Shown one piece after another: positions 26,095-37,189 of a stretch of DNA of 64,000 nt (its first letter is position 1; each line of letters opens with the position of its first letter). Below the pieces are notes generated by a model. The model saw only the letters and a list, made by a program, of their open reading frames with translations, did no database searches and was not told the origin of the DNA. This stretch comes from Squalus acanthias (Eukaryota): assembly GCA_030390025.1 (NCBI GenBank), contig CM059425.1, positions 177,322,001-177,386,000 on the forward strand. The letters run 5' to 3'. A program made the position numbers and the translations under genes.

Positions 26095-26830
26095 GAAAAG
26101 ATGCTGAAATGATGCTGGATGAACAGAGAGGCCAGGGGTTCAAATACATAATTACCTGAAAATGCATGTGCAGATAGATAAAGATGTAAGAAAAAGCCAA
26201 CACCATTTTGAGTTGTATAAATAGGGGAATAGAGTACAAGAAAAAATAAGTAATGATGAGTTTGTATGAAACATTGGTTAGACTACAGTTAGAGTACTGT
26301 GCAGTTTTGGGCACCCTAATATAGAAAGGACATTAAAGCCATAGAGAGCATATAGTGTAGATTCCCAGGATGATGCCGGGGACAGCAAACTATAGTTATG
26401 AAGAGAAACTTAAGATACCGGCACTATTTCCACTACAGTAAAGAGACTGAGGAGATTTAATAGAGGCTTTCAAAATTATGAAGAGTTTTCATGGAGTGAA
26501 TAGAGAAAGACTATTTCCTTTGGTTTGTGAGTCAGTGAAAAGGGGTTATCAATTTAAAATGTTTGCAAAGGAAGTGAGGAGATATGTTATGAGAAATTTC
26601 TTTGTACAGATGGTTGTTGGAACGTGGAATGCTTTGCCATAGAAAGTGTTTGAGTAGAGGCTATTGCTTCTTTTAAGGGAAAATGTAATAAACATTTGAA
26701 GTAGAGAAAGATACAGAGCTATGGGGAGAGAACAAGGCTGTGAGATTAGTTTGGGATTGCTCTAGTAAACATCCGGCACAGACACAATGGGCCGAATGGC
26801 CTCCTTTTGTTCTGCAAATTTCTATGTTTC
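26095..26830 (+). mobile_element. Old degenerate CR1 3' fragment
   Basis: Remnants of LVRLQLEYCAV, GDLIEAFKIM and VVGTWNALP; 3' UTR GGGCCGAATGGCCTCCT...TTCTATG. Confidence 0.75.
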
Positions 26831-27926
26831 TACTTGTTTATGCTTGTCCCTCTCTGTGTGGGGACTTCCAGCATCCAACAGAAGTGACATTAGAAGGTTG
26901 CAGTGGGACGGAAATGGATGGAGAACTGATGATACGCTTGAAAACAAGTATGTTTAAGAGGAAAAGTCTCCGTGATGAGTAGTCTGTATTTACATTGCAG
27001 GCGGATTTTGGCATGGTCTTAACACAGCATACCTGCCAGGAGTGCATCTCTGGAAATTGCACGTGTGCATCACTTGATTTTCTGTCTGTTCATTTTAATG
27101 AATGGATATTTGGAAAATTGATTCTTACAGCTGTAGTAACCAGTGCAAATAAGTTTCACTTTGCATTGATGCTAAATTACAAGGGGAGGTATTCCTGGGT
27201 CTGTGCCAGGTACTGGATTGCTTGGGCACAATGAATACTTGATCATTGGTGAATTGGGGAACATGTTTAGAAAAGAACCTGTCTGATTTTCCTTCCATCA
27301 ATGAAGCAACTGCTTGGCACTGATGCTAAACTTACTGTGTAAATGCATCCTAAAGTTGACTTGACCCAATTCCAATAATTTGACAAATTGGTGATTTTCA
27401 ACTGTGAATGAAAAACTGTTTCTATCCAAGTAATCTATGGGTGGAGGATTAGAATCAGTGTAGAAACTGCCCCAAGTCATGACAAATTTACCAAGACTTG
27501 GAAAATAGCCTCTGACACTCACTATTAGTAACCTGTAGTTGATTTTTAGACCTCCCACAATATGGACTTTCACTGTATGCCTAAGATATGACAGATTGGC
27601 ACTCACGCTGTATTTTAAATTTTGAAAAATTCATTGTTTATCAAACAAACCTTTGGTGATGTTGCCATGTAAATCTGGTGCATTTCCAGCTCTTTCTGTT
27701 ACTGTCAAATATTTATTTTCCTCTGCAGAGATGGCAAAAATAGGATTCTTCAAAGTGTATTTGTTCGAGGTGTAGACAAGGAGTGGAACAGTGCAGGTTT
27801 TTAACAATTGCACCTTGTAGTTTCTAAATGTCAGTCGTTGGAAGCATCACAAGTAAGACCAATCCTGTCCTCATTCAAATCCAATGCTTTCACAGGAATT
27901 GCCAGACAGGGGTCAGAAATCGGAGC

Positions 27927-29431
27927 TGTAGGGTTTGGCCGGTGCCAACATCAGTGGATACATGTGCCTCAAGGATTTTTGGACTTTTAATATGGATATG
28001 TACCCTTTTAAAATGGAGACGCACGTGGGCTGCATTTTAAAAATGGAGTTTGGACTTTTGGACTTTAAAAGGGACTGCCTATTGGTTTCTGTGAAGATAG
28101 CAGGGACTGTCTGTCTTTTGGTTTGCCATGGGACCTGTCTCAACGCTGACGTCATGAAAGGCAGGAGCCTTTTCATATTCGAACTTGTGAGATTTGGGGA
28201 AAACCACCCTTTGTCCATGGAGCCGGGATGTCTGGATGGACAATGAGGTTTGGAGGCCAAAAGTAACACCTCTGGACTCTTTCAAAGAAGGAGCAGTCAA
28301 GAACTTAACAAACAGTTAGCAATTCGAGTACTGCTCATCTATAATAATGGCCTAACATTGTTTTCTTCAAGATGACCAATCCAGGACAAGAGACATCACC
28401 AGGTAAACCAACTAGCATCTCTGCGACCATGGTAACCAGGAATCGCCCAGCAGGTTTTGTGTATTGCGCGGGGTATAAACATGCTGAACTTTGGGGATGC
28501 AGGGCTTTTTGGTGGTTGCTTGCCTGCTTTTCTCTACCATCTGTAATGGGGTTCTCCGCGTAACTACGCATCCGCCAACTCTCCAGGAAGGCCCGAAGTG
28601 AGTGCCTCGCTGTACCGCCTGAACGTAACTCTCTAGGCCTCATCGCATGCCTCCGTTAGGCACGGTTTTGCCTCTGGAGTCGAACGGAGCCGGGACCGCG
28701 TGAATCAACGACAAGGGCTGGTAATTATATCCAGCATACACCTCTAGAAATCCCCAGGACCGCCCGCGTGTTTTGCTGCTGAGGAACTGCAAGTGTCCAA
28801 GATGCAGGCTAACACGGGTGTGTGTGTGAGGAGGCTTCCAAGTGTGGGTTCTGACCAAACCGGGAGAGGGGTTTAGTTAGAAGGGTTTTTCCCTTATCTA
28901 GGCTTAGATTCTGGGAAGGGGTTGGTTCGGTGTAACCAACAGGGTGGGTATTTTAGTCTAAGGTTATAAGCTAGTGTCCACGGTCACCTACTCGTTCTGC
29001 CGTAGGCGAGAGGAGCAGGGATTGTCGTTTTTGTGAGTGTAATAAAAGGAATCGAGCTTTGACCAACCTGAACCGTTTTGTTTTGTCTGAATCATTTATA
29101 ATCTATCCACAGTAACTCCTTGGGTCCGAACTTGGGGGTTGTGGGGCTTGTGGTTCGCGGTATAATTCGGAAGACCAACCGGGTGGCATCCGGTCATGGC
29201 CGGGTTATACAGTAATCCCGCTGGGGATGCTGCACATCGGGCATAGGAGAAAACCTATCTGGCCTTGGTCTCTCTCTCTGTGTGGGATTACCAGCTAATC
29301 GACGGGCTGGGCAGGGACTATGGCATAAGCTCCTGCCGTCCAAGGGAAACAACCCGAACCGGGGAGTTTTGTGATACGGGTCAACTCAAGGGAGAGTCAT
29401 AGAAACACGGGGCACGCAAAAACACCCTACA
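27927..29431 (+). mobile_element. Solo LTR, 1505 bp (ERV- or Gypsy-type)
   Basis: TGTAGGGT...ACCCTACA inverted termini; 4-bp TSD GAGC; TATA-like GTATAAA near 28473; AATAAA at 29041. Confidence 0.85.
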
Positions 29432-30148
29432 GAGCCCAGATTGATTTTTCTCCTCCCTAGCCCAGAATTACTGAAACCATCTATGCTAACTGAGCACCAA
29501 CCAGGGATCAAACTTGCGATTTTTCTGGTCTGTGTGGTTCAGCTCTATATTGGGCATTTATTTACTGAAGCATTGGGGAAAATTCAGCTGATGCAATCCC
29601 ACATGTACTAGTTCTAATTTCGATAAATACCCAAAGATGAGAAAGGTTACACTTTTTGCAATCATACTTCAAGACACAACCAAAACATATTACAGTTAAC
29701 TTAGCAAGAAAGTAATTCTAATGTGCAATATTGCCACAATGTCAAAAAAACATTGTCAAGGCCTGTGTCACATGCTGACTCTCTGCCCCTCCTTTGTAGA
29801 ACATATCATTAGACTGGAGGCCGAAGGTGGGTGATAGAGGTTCCTGGAAGTGAAATGGAGGCAGTCCTCCAAAGCATCATTGACTCCCTGTGGAAAAACC
29901 TATTTAGTCACCAATCCACAATAGCCTGCCACTTTTAGGGTTTTATTTCTTTTCATATATTGGTTGCTCCACATCTGTAAACTGAAAGCAGTGCTTCTGT
30001 CAGCCGGGAAAAGAAAATGACATGCAAATTCCCTTCAGTCATTGCAGTTTCCAAGGCAATCAGGAAGACAATGCTCCCTTTACTGAACTAAAGTTTTTCT
30101 ACTGGCGGAAAACAATTTTCATGCTAGCTAACTTGATGTTAATTTAAG

Positions 30149-30396
30149 CAGTGGTGGAGCTTGAGATTTGGCCGACTTGGCAGGAGGGGAACCGACCTAG
30201 AAATTGGGGACTGCCGGCACACTTAGTCCGAAGGCCAAGCCAGAATGGCACAGACTTGTAGGCCGAACCTGGAGGCTGAAGGTGGGTGATAGAGGTTCCT
30301 GGAAGTGAAATGGAGGCAGACCTCCGAAGCATCTTTGGCTGACCTAAAAATGATTGGAGGGGGCCCACCCGACCCCCCCACTGGCTTCCAACACTG
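30149..30396. mobile_element. hAT-type MITE
   Basis: Ends CAGTGGTGGAGC / GCTTCCAACACTG; perfect 8-bp TSD AATTTAAG (30141-30148 / 30397-30404). Confidence 0.8.
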
Positions 30397-30686
30397 AATT
30401 TAAGGGGGGAGAAATCAATGTAATGGCCCAGATTTTGCGGTGGTAATGACGGCGAAACTGTCAGCGTTCGTCGTCATTACCCTTCTGAAACTGACCGCAA
30501 CTTCAGGATTTAGCACATGCGCAGATAAACGAGGAAATCCAGATGTTGCAGTCAGTCATTCACTGCTCCGCCACAGGTTGCACTGTGGAACTCCCCAGAG
30601 CTGGCAATCAATTCAAATGACATGAACTGACAAAAACTTCCCCTTTTACGATGGAATAGCACTGTTAAAACCCCCTAAAACATTAA

Positions 30687-31576
30687 GGGGGAGAAATTCG
30701 TTATCGCCCCGTTTGGGGCGCAATTATCAGCCGGGTGCAAAGTTTAGTGCCTGGCGCTAATTATCGCCTCTGACTGCAAACTTGGCTTCTATCGCCCCTG
30801 GAGGTGATTGGAGTGCTAAATCAGGCACTACACACCTCTCTTAAGGCGCTAACGCCGAGGAGCGAGACGATACCTCAGAGCGCTGGCGAAGCTCAGGTGA
30901 TGTCAGTTAGCAATAGAACACAGACACACTGGCGCCGGCCATTTCTTAAAGGGGAGGGTCGATCTTGCTCTCCATCCACATCCTGCTCATTGCAGCCTTG
31001 AATCTCGGCCTGGAGAGACCTGTACATCAATTCTGCTGGAAAGAACAATGGAGATACCCAGGGAAAGAGCTCAAAGTGCAGCCCCCATAGACTCTTCTAA
31101 ATCGATGCAAGGAAGGTCAAATCAAAATGAACCTGCAAAGTGCTGCTCAGTACCCAAAACTCCTTCACACAGCGTTGAATCTCTCCAGAAGTCTCTCTCT
31201 CTCTCAGAATGCGTGGTGCAAAAATGTCGCAGACAAAAAAAAGCAGGATGCGGCCGCCTTTAAATAACGCTCCCCCAGTCCCTTCCCGACTGCAAAACGT
31301 TCCCCTCTACCTGTCGTTGCTAGCGGCAGGTGGAAAGGCAGGGGGCGGCACTCAATCTCCGGTCCGGGGCGCAACCGGGGCGTTGCACGTTCGACTGACG
31401 TCACGATCTGCGGGTGTAGGAGATCATGGCAGTAGTGTTTAGCACCGCCGCAAAATGTCTGGTCAATTTCACGAGCGGCGCAAACATCGCCACGCCCAGG
31501 CGCTAGTTGCTTTGCGCCCCGTTAGCACCCTCTTAGTGCGCTAATGGGAGGTGCAAAGCAACCGAATTTTTCCCCC
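30687..31576. mobile_element. PIF/Harbinger MITE, GC-rich family
   Basis: TIR GGGGGAGAAATTCG / CGAATTTTTCCCCC; canonical TAA TSD. Confidence 0.88.
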
Positions 31577-32430
31577 TAAGCCTTGTTGAAAGAGTTGTAA
31601 CTGGGTTTTTAACGGCTGAACAACCATTCTGGTCCTGAAAAACTAATTTTATATTGTCAAATGTCAAATATGAAATGCCAAATTTTACCATTAATATGAT
31701 TAAGTATTACAAATTTTTAAGATAATAATTTTTTTTAATGTTTGTTTATGATATTTCAGCTTCTACCTTAATCCTATGTGTATCCCCAAGCTTTATTTTG
31801 CTCTCTGTAAAATTTATTAAAAGTAAATTAGAATCTGTCCATTTTACTTCCTGGTTTGCTGTCTGTAAGAATTCTTCAATGTGATTGGCTACTTAGCCAA
31901 CTTGATGACATCACTGTTGCTGGATACTGGTGATTTGCTTGATTTGGCCCCAGATTTCAAACTAAGGTCAGGAGAGCTGAAATTGATGTCACAGAGATCT
32001 CTAGATCTTTGTGAGCAGCTTTCTTTGAGGTCAATGGCAATCACCGACTCCGGGGAAGGTGTCTGATCCCAGGGGGTCTTTGTATGGGGGAGTTTGATGG
32101 AGGGGGAACTTGTGGGGTGGGGGAAAGCACTCCTGCTCCTCCTGGCCCATAAGCAGTGCTGTAAAGCCACCTTCTCCCTGATGCTGTCCTCGCCTCTCCT
32201 CAGTTGCTGGGTTTCCTGAGGCCTGGGAAACCCAGCTGGCCAGAATTAAACCTGCAAAGCAGATTAAATCAGAGGCTGCTAGCCTCATTAAAATATTTAA
32301 ATTGCCAACCCGCCTCCTGGGAGCGGGTTGACTGCCTGTCCCCGTCCCACCTCCGTTAAACCTGGAAGTGGGCGGGTTGGAGGCGGATTGGGGTCGAGTT
32401 TCAGATTTTTAAACTTTTAACCTCTGACCT

Positions 32431-32935
32431 GATACCAGGAATGGCGGGAGATACCAGGAATGGCGGGATTGACCTATGAGGAGAGACTATGTAGTTTAGG
32501 GGTGTACACACTGGAGTTTAGAAGATTGAGAGGGGACCTCATAGAAGTGTATAAAATTCTTGACAGGTCTAGACAGACTAGATGCAGAAGGAATGTTTCC
32601 CTTGGCGGGTGAGAACAGAACTAGAGGACATAATTTAAGGATAAGGGCTAAACCATTTAGGACAGAAATGAGGGGGAATTTCTTCACTCAGAGGGTGGTG
32701 AACCTGTGGAACTCATTGCCACAGAGGGCAGTGTACGCCAGCTCATTAAATATATTTAAGAGGGAATTAGATATATTTCTACAGGCAAAAGGGGTTAAGG
32801 GTTACGGAGAGAAGGCGGGGACGGGATACTGAATTGGAGGATCAGCCATGATCTCATTAAATGGCGGAGCAGGCTCGAAGGGCCGGATGGCCTACTCCTG
32901 CTCCTATCTTCTATGTAATCTATGTAATCTATGTA
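32431..32935 (+). mobile_element. CR1 3' fragment
   Basis: ORF 32560-32832 (FFTQRVVNLWNSLP); (ATCTATGTA)n tail. Confidence 0.88.
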
Positions 32936-33218
32936 AACCTTAACCCCCCCCCCTCCCCCCATTTTGGGGGGTTAAAATTCACCCCTTTGATTTTTAAACA
33001 GCTTCAAATGTATTTCTCTGTGTTTGTTTTAGGTTTTCTAAGAACAAATTGTAATTCAAATGGAACACAGGACAGAAAGCATAAAAATGTGACTGCACTA
33101 GAAAAAAGGGCAGCAATTTGGATTGATTAATTCTACCATGAGTCACCAATACTTTGAAATTCAAACAATAGCGAGAGGAAATGATGTTTCCTTTCTGTTG
33201 CTTGGGTCTTTCTATAAA

Positions 33219-33624
33219 AGAAAGAAAGACTTGCATTTATATAGCACTTTTACACAACTACCGGATGTCCCAAAGTGCTTTACAGCCAATGAAGTATTTT
33301 TTGAAGTGTAGTCTCTGTTGTAATGTAGGAAACATGGCAGCCAATCTGCACACAGCAAGCTCCCACAAACAGCAATGTGATAATGACCAGATAATCTGTT
33401 TTAGATGTTGATTAAGGGATATATATTGGCCAGGACACTGGGGATAACTCACCTGCTCTTCTTCGAAATAGTGCCATGGGATCTTTTACATCCATGAGAG
33501 GGCAGACAGGGCCTCAGTTTAACGTCTCATCCAAAAGACAGCACCTCTGACAGTGGAGCACTCCCTCAACACTGCACTGGAGTGTGATTTTTGTGCTCCA
33601 GCCTCTAGAGTGGGAGTTGAACCT

Positions 33625-33657
<33 letters not shown>

Positions 33658-33678
33658 AACTGAGCCACGGCTGACACT
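33219..33678 (-). mobile_element. DeuSINE, full length
   Basis: A box TGGCTCAGTTGG and B box GGTTCAACTCCC; colinear with 5884-6355. Confidence 0.82.
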
Positions 33679-34137
33679 ATATTCAAATAAACTGACATTG
33701 TACCCCAAGGGAAATGGACAAACAACTTTCTTCTATCCTTATTTTTGCATTTGCCTGGTGAGAGTGTTGTTTATGCTTGACCCAAGAACCTGGAAATTAG
33801 TCTTTGGATAAAGGATTATAGCAGCAGTGAATGGGGGAGGAACAGCAAGACAATTGATTGTATGTCTTAGCGCATGGTCCTGATTGCAGTGCTACATATT
33901 GCTGTCAGTGGGAGTCAGATTCTGTGCGCTGAGGTGCAGCATGTTGATGCAAGTGTAGCTAATCTTGTTAATATTAGCATTGCCAGTTGTTGGCAGAATG
34001 ATCCCTGTTGCTGACTGTGCAACACGGATACAATATGTTGGCCCCGATATCCCTTTCCCCCTTGCCCAGTGCAGGATAGGTGGAGCGTACTGAAAGTATG
34101 CTCCACCTGTCTTGGCAACCAGGCTTCCGCATTTATA

Positions 34138-34361
34138 CCAATAGCAAAATACTGCGGATGCTGGAAATCTGAAATAACAACAGAGAATGCTGTAACCACT
34201 CAGCAGGCCAGGCAGCATCCGTGGAGAGAGAAACACAGTTAACGTTTCAGGTCTGTCAGAACAGTTCTGATGAAGGGTCACAGACCTGAAGCGTTAACTC
34301 TGTTTCTCTCTCCACAGATGCTGCCTGGCCTGCTGAGTGTTTCCAGCATTTTCTGTTGTTA
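34138..34361. mobile_element. Fold-back non-autonomous Penelope-derived element with a mutated hammerhead motif
   Basis: About 90-bp inverted arms; 13-bp TSD TTCCGCATTTATA; CTGATGA-AGGGTC/GACCT-GAAGCGTT at 34267-34295; arms match the ends of 54844-55738. Confidence 0.78.
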
Positions 34362-34909
34362 TTCCGCATTTATATGCTGTACTATCAGCTTAGCTTGGTC
34401 ACAGTCCCAGGGCAGCCACACCCTAGATATATTGGTATTCTGGTGGTCTTCTCTGGGATTTAAGTGTGTCCCTTCTCTCCATGAGTCCTTCCAGAAGGTT
34501 TTACAGCTCTTAGCCTGTCAAACTATTTTCTTTCAGTCAGTAATACTTAAACCTACAGTGGTAAAGGATAAGCTGGCTTTGTCTTTCCAGTGCTATTTTC
34601 AGGTGTTTAACTGGGATCTCCCACTTCCCTGTTGACGACCTTTGTTGCCTCATGACTCACAGCTGATCGATAGGACTCAGTACTGCTCATTTTCATTGGC
34701 TAGCCCATCGCATGCGAAAAATTCCCACAATCTCGTCCCCAGACTGGAAACTGCAATATTTTAGGTAAACTAGTTGGAGTAATTTCTCTCTGAAACCATT
34801 CAGAACCCAAATTTTAACCTCTTTAGCATATAAATAACTGGCTAAAATCTCCAAGTTGACCTGACTGGGGGCTAAGTTATGACATGAGACCTATGGAATC
34901 CCTGAGAAA

Positions 34910-35218
34910 GTTCCGCCATTCCATTAGATCATGGCTGATCTGTAACTGAAATCCATCTACCCGCCTTGGTTCCATAACCCTTAATACCCTTGCCTAACAA
35001 GAATCTATTAATCTCAGTTTTGAAATTTTCAATTGACCGAGCCTCAACAGCTTTTTGGGGGAGAGAGTTCCAGATTTCCACTACCATTTGTCTGAGGAAG
35101 TAGCTTTCTGGCAACACTCAGAACAGCCTAGCTCTAATTTGAAGGTTATACCTCCTTGTAATGGACTCTCCCACCAGAGGAAATAGTATCTCTATCGACC
35201 TATCAATTCCTTTAATCA
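34910..35218 (-). mobile_element. CR1 3' fragment
   Basis: IWNSLPQKAVEA...FKTEINRFL..KGIKGYG (34929-35117). Confidence 0.75.
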
Positions 35219-35299
35219 GTTGTACTGTCTATGAAGGAGGTGGAAATTATTTTGGCCTTTGAATATTCTCTTAATAGCTGAACAACAGATAAAATATTC

Positions 35300-36252
35300 A
35301 AAACAACAACAGAAAATACTGGAAACACTCAGCAGGTCAGGCAGCATCGTGGAGAGAGAAACAGAGTTAACGTTTCAGGCTGACATGAAGGCTTTGGAGA
35401 GGGTACAGAAGAGATTTACTAGAATGGTTCCAGGGATGAGGGAATACCGTTACGTAGATAGACAGGAGAAGATGGGATTGTTCTCGTTAGAGCAGAAAAG
35501 GCTAAGATGAGATTTGATAGAGGTGTTTAAAATAATGAACAGTTTAGATAGGGTAAATAAAGAGAAAGGGGGAGAAATTTAGTACCACAGCGACTCCCGT
35601 TAGCGCCTCCTGGGGGCACGGCGATAGTACCAACGTCTGCGAAATTGACGTGGAGGTTTGTGGCGGTGGTAACCACTAGCGCCACAGAGATCGTGACGTC
35701 ACTGCCGTGTGTATCGCCCTGGTAGCGCCCCAGACCTGAACTTCGGTTCCGCCCCCTACAGCATCGCCGGGTGACAACACCGCTACCGCCCCGCCTGCAT
35801 CCTTTAGCGCTCCAGGAAGGAAGTGGAGTGCTTGATTTAGTGCTCCACTTCCTTCCTGGAGTGCAAACACCGAATTTTGCAAAAGCTGGGAGTCATTAGC
35901 GCTGGACGCTGAGTTTCCCAGCTTTCAAAAGTTAGTACCCCAAACGGGGCGATACTGAATTTCACCCCCAAACTACTTACAATGGTTGAAGGGTCGATAA
36001 CGAGAGGGCACAGATTTAAGGTGATGGCAAGAGGTGATATGAGGAAAAACTTTTGTTTAGGATTTGGAACGCATTGCCTGATAGGGTGGTGGATACAGAT
36101 TCAATAGCAGCCTTCAAAAGGGAATTGGATAAATACTTGAAGGAGAAAAAATTGCAGGGATATGGGGAAGAGCAGGGAGTGGGACTAATTGAAAGAGCCG
36201 GTACAGACTCGATGGCCTCCTTCAGTGCTGTACTATTCTATGATTCTGTGAT
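35300..36252 (+). mobile_element. Penelope terminal piece (35300-35380) abutting a CR1 3' fragment, interrupted by a MITE
   Basis: 35300-35380 matches 54844-54918; then ALERVQKRFTRMVPG and WNALPDRVV; (ATTCTATG) tail. Confidence 0.75.
35568..35969. mobile_element. Harbinger MITE, same family as 30687-31576
   Basis: TIR GGGGGAGAAATT / AATTTCACCCCC; TSD AAA; inserted in CR1. Confidence 0.82.
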
Positions 36253-36589
36253 TCTAAATCGGACCTGCTACAGTTCAGTGTTTTCCACAGCTTACAGTTC
36301 TAGGTATATTTGTCATGACAACTGATGTCCGTAAAACAAGGTCATACTATGAATGTTGTCAGCTTCAAATTACTCATCAAAACGACAGCATCACTTGATC
36401 TTGAACACAGCCACAATAGTAATTATTTACAAAGCAGTTTAAAAGTAATATGACATCAAACCATAAAATGAATTACTATGGTATGATTCTTATTAGTGTC
36501 TAATAGCACAGTGTATTTTTATAATATGAAGCAAGGTTAAATATACGGGCAGTACACTACAATGCAAAGTTGGGAAATTGTTATTGTAA

Positions 36590-36882
36590 AGAGAGAACTT
36601 GCATTTACCTTTCACAAACTTAGGGTGTCCCAAAGCACGTTACAGCCAATTGAAGTATTTTTGAAGTTTAGTCACTGTTATAACATAGGGAAACGCAACA
36701 GCCAAATTGTGCACAGCAAGGTCCCACAAACAGCAGTGAGATTAATGACCAGATAATTTGCTTAGTGATGTTGATTGAGAGACAAATATTGGCCAGGACA
36801 CTGGGGAGAACTCCCCTGCTCCTCTTCAAATATTGCCATGGGATGCTTTACATTCATCTGAGAGGACAGGCAAGGCCTCAGT
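36590..36882 (-). mobile_element. DeuSINE 3' half
   Basis: Colinear with 33225-33520. Confidence 0.75.
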
Positions 36883-37189
36883 GATCTGTTTGCTGCCAAA
36901 AAAAATGAACTTCTCCTTAAGTGTCAGGTGCAGTCACCTTTAAGAGCTGAAACTGCACCAGATTTTCTGCCCTCCTATTGAGCGAGCTCCTGGTGGCAGG
37001 TCCAATTCAGGCCAGGAGCTAACAGTAAATATATAATTAAGCTGACCCTGGAAGATCTGATGAAGCCAGCCATTACTAATTCATGCGAATGGAATGATTG
37101 CAGTGCACCAGACCCACAGCTTTTTATATTATAAGGTCACAAGATCACATGATAGATATAACTGAGAAACAACATTCAGCATTCTTCCA

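Larger units (their letters stand above)
30425..32985. mobile_element. Composite Harbinger-type MITE region hosting a nested MITE and a CR1 fragment
   Basis: Left end GGCCCAGATTTT and right end AAAATTCACCCC; 32060-32420 is homologous to the 24425 element. Flanks differ, so this may be two elements. Confidence 0.45.
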
